Shown one piece after another: positions 62,955-64,000 of a stretch of 64,000 bases of DNA (position 1 is its first letter; each line of letters starts with the position of its first letter). Under the pieces are notes generated by a model. It worked only from the letters and a program-made list of their open reading frames with translations, was not told the origin of the DNA and ran no database searches. Origin of the DNA: Dudresnaya verticillata (lineage: Eukaryota); the NCBI GenBank assembly GCA_977862235.1, contig OZ374560.1:992001-1056000 (forward strand), read 5' to 3'. The position numbers were made by a program, and so were the translations under genes.

Positions 62955-64000
62955 TTGACGGCCATTCGTCCTATTGTGAGGTCTGGAGTGGAGCGTTTAA
63001 AGGCGCGCCTTGATGTACCCAGACATTTTAATTACGATGGGAGCGTCAGAGACAGCATCATATCCAATTGCACTAGCTCGAGGACCGCCGCGATCCTCGA
63101 GCTAGTGCAATTGGATATGCTGCTGTCTCTGACGCTCCCGTCGTAATTAAAATGTCTGGGTCCTTTCGATCTTTAGTAATTGAGCACTTCCAACAAGAAA
63201 GACGGAACGTCATACGCGCAAAAGGAATCCGTGGAAATGTCAAACAATCGAGCGAAATGGTATGGAGTAGTGGACGGGATGCACAGACTTATAGCTATCA
63301 CAGAACTCCGGGAGGAGGATTACGAGACGTGGAAACCTTTTTCATGGCCTGTTACTGTTCTTAGAGGGAGCCATGAATTGTAGTCACTTCAAAAATTCGC
63401 TCGTCACCAGAATGACAAGCATGATTCTTCATTCTACATCGAGACTACTTTCTTCGATACTCTTCGAGGCCTGAGAGAGGACGCAGATCGTCTCACAGCG
63501 GGGAATGGCGAAAAACGTCAGACCGCCACGAGGATTGCTGAAGCTTTTGACGGATGCAACCATTTCAGGGACAATACTGTTAAACAGACTGCCCAGACTG
63601 TCCTTAGACTTGCCCGCGCAGTGATTGACACAGTCGGAGCCATTATAAGCGAGGAGAGGGCTGATTTGTTGTCAATTCGAACTACAACTGTGTATCACAA
63701 CGACATCAATAAGAGTATGGACTGTCGAGTGTACCGCAAGTTCATCAATATAACATCTCTCAAGTCCACAACAGTGTTCATGAACGCGTCGAAAGCACCG
63801 GATGGTGTACAAGCACAGATTGCGACTTTATACCGTTTGCGATAATTGCACCGCTTACAAAACTTCAAACCGCTGTCTTACCGGTACGCTGTGGAACAGT
63901 TTCAGAAGGCCACCGCTACTCTTCGCGAGGTTCGTAGGTTTGAAGCTCTCCGGGAAAGTCACAAGTGGTCAGAGGCCATGCAGGTGCTTCACTCGAACCT
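62955..64000 (+). pseudogene. Decayed ORF with a ParB/Sulfiredoxin-like N-terminal domain, running off the window
   Basis: IRPIVRSGVERLK...APVVI...WYGVVDGMHRLIAI...FARHQNDKH; stops and frameshifts present. Confidence 0.55.

Overview
Eukaryotic, transposon-saturated DNA with no recognisable intact host gene. The base composition and element types suggest a red alga or similar, but that is inference only. In order, the window holds: a short 3' LTR inserted in a LINE RT fragment; a hAT element (19-bp TIRs, 8-bp TSD) whose transposase is split by a solo LTR; a minus-strand Copia interrupted by a full-length chromodomain Ty3/Gypsy element (A, 8292-21801); a second Copia fragment; a second full-length chromodomain Gypsy (B, 24353-37705); a PIF/Harbinger element carrying two solo LTRs; a third Copia; a near-full-length LINE inserted into an unknown ORF; a pile of nested LTRs; a truncated third Gypsy (C); and a decayed ParB/Srx-like ORF at the right edge. 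The main finding is that all three Gypsy elements carry, next to the 3' LTR and antisense to the element, a homologous accessory ORF (about 800 codons in A and B) that I cannot assign to any family. It has a conserved aromatic-rich core and a disordered tail, and is a candidate undescribed retrotransposon accessory protein. A and B also share an identical 18-nt primer-binding site with tRNA-Tyr features.
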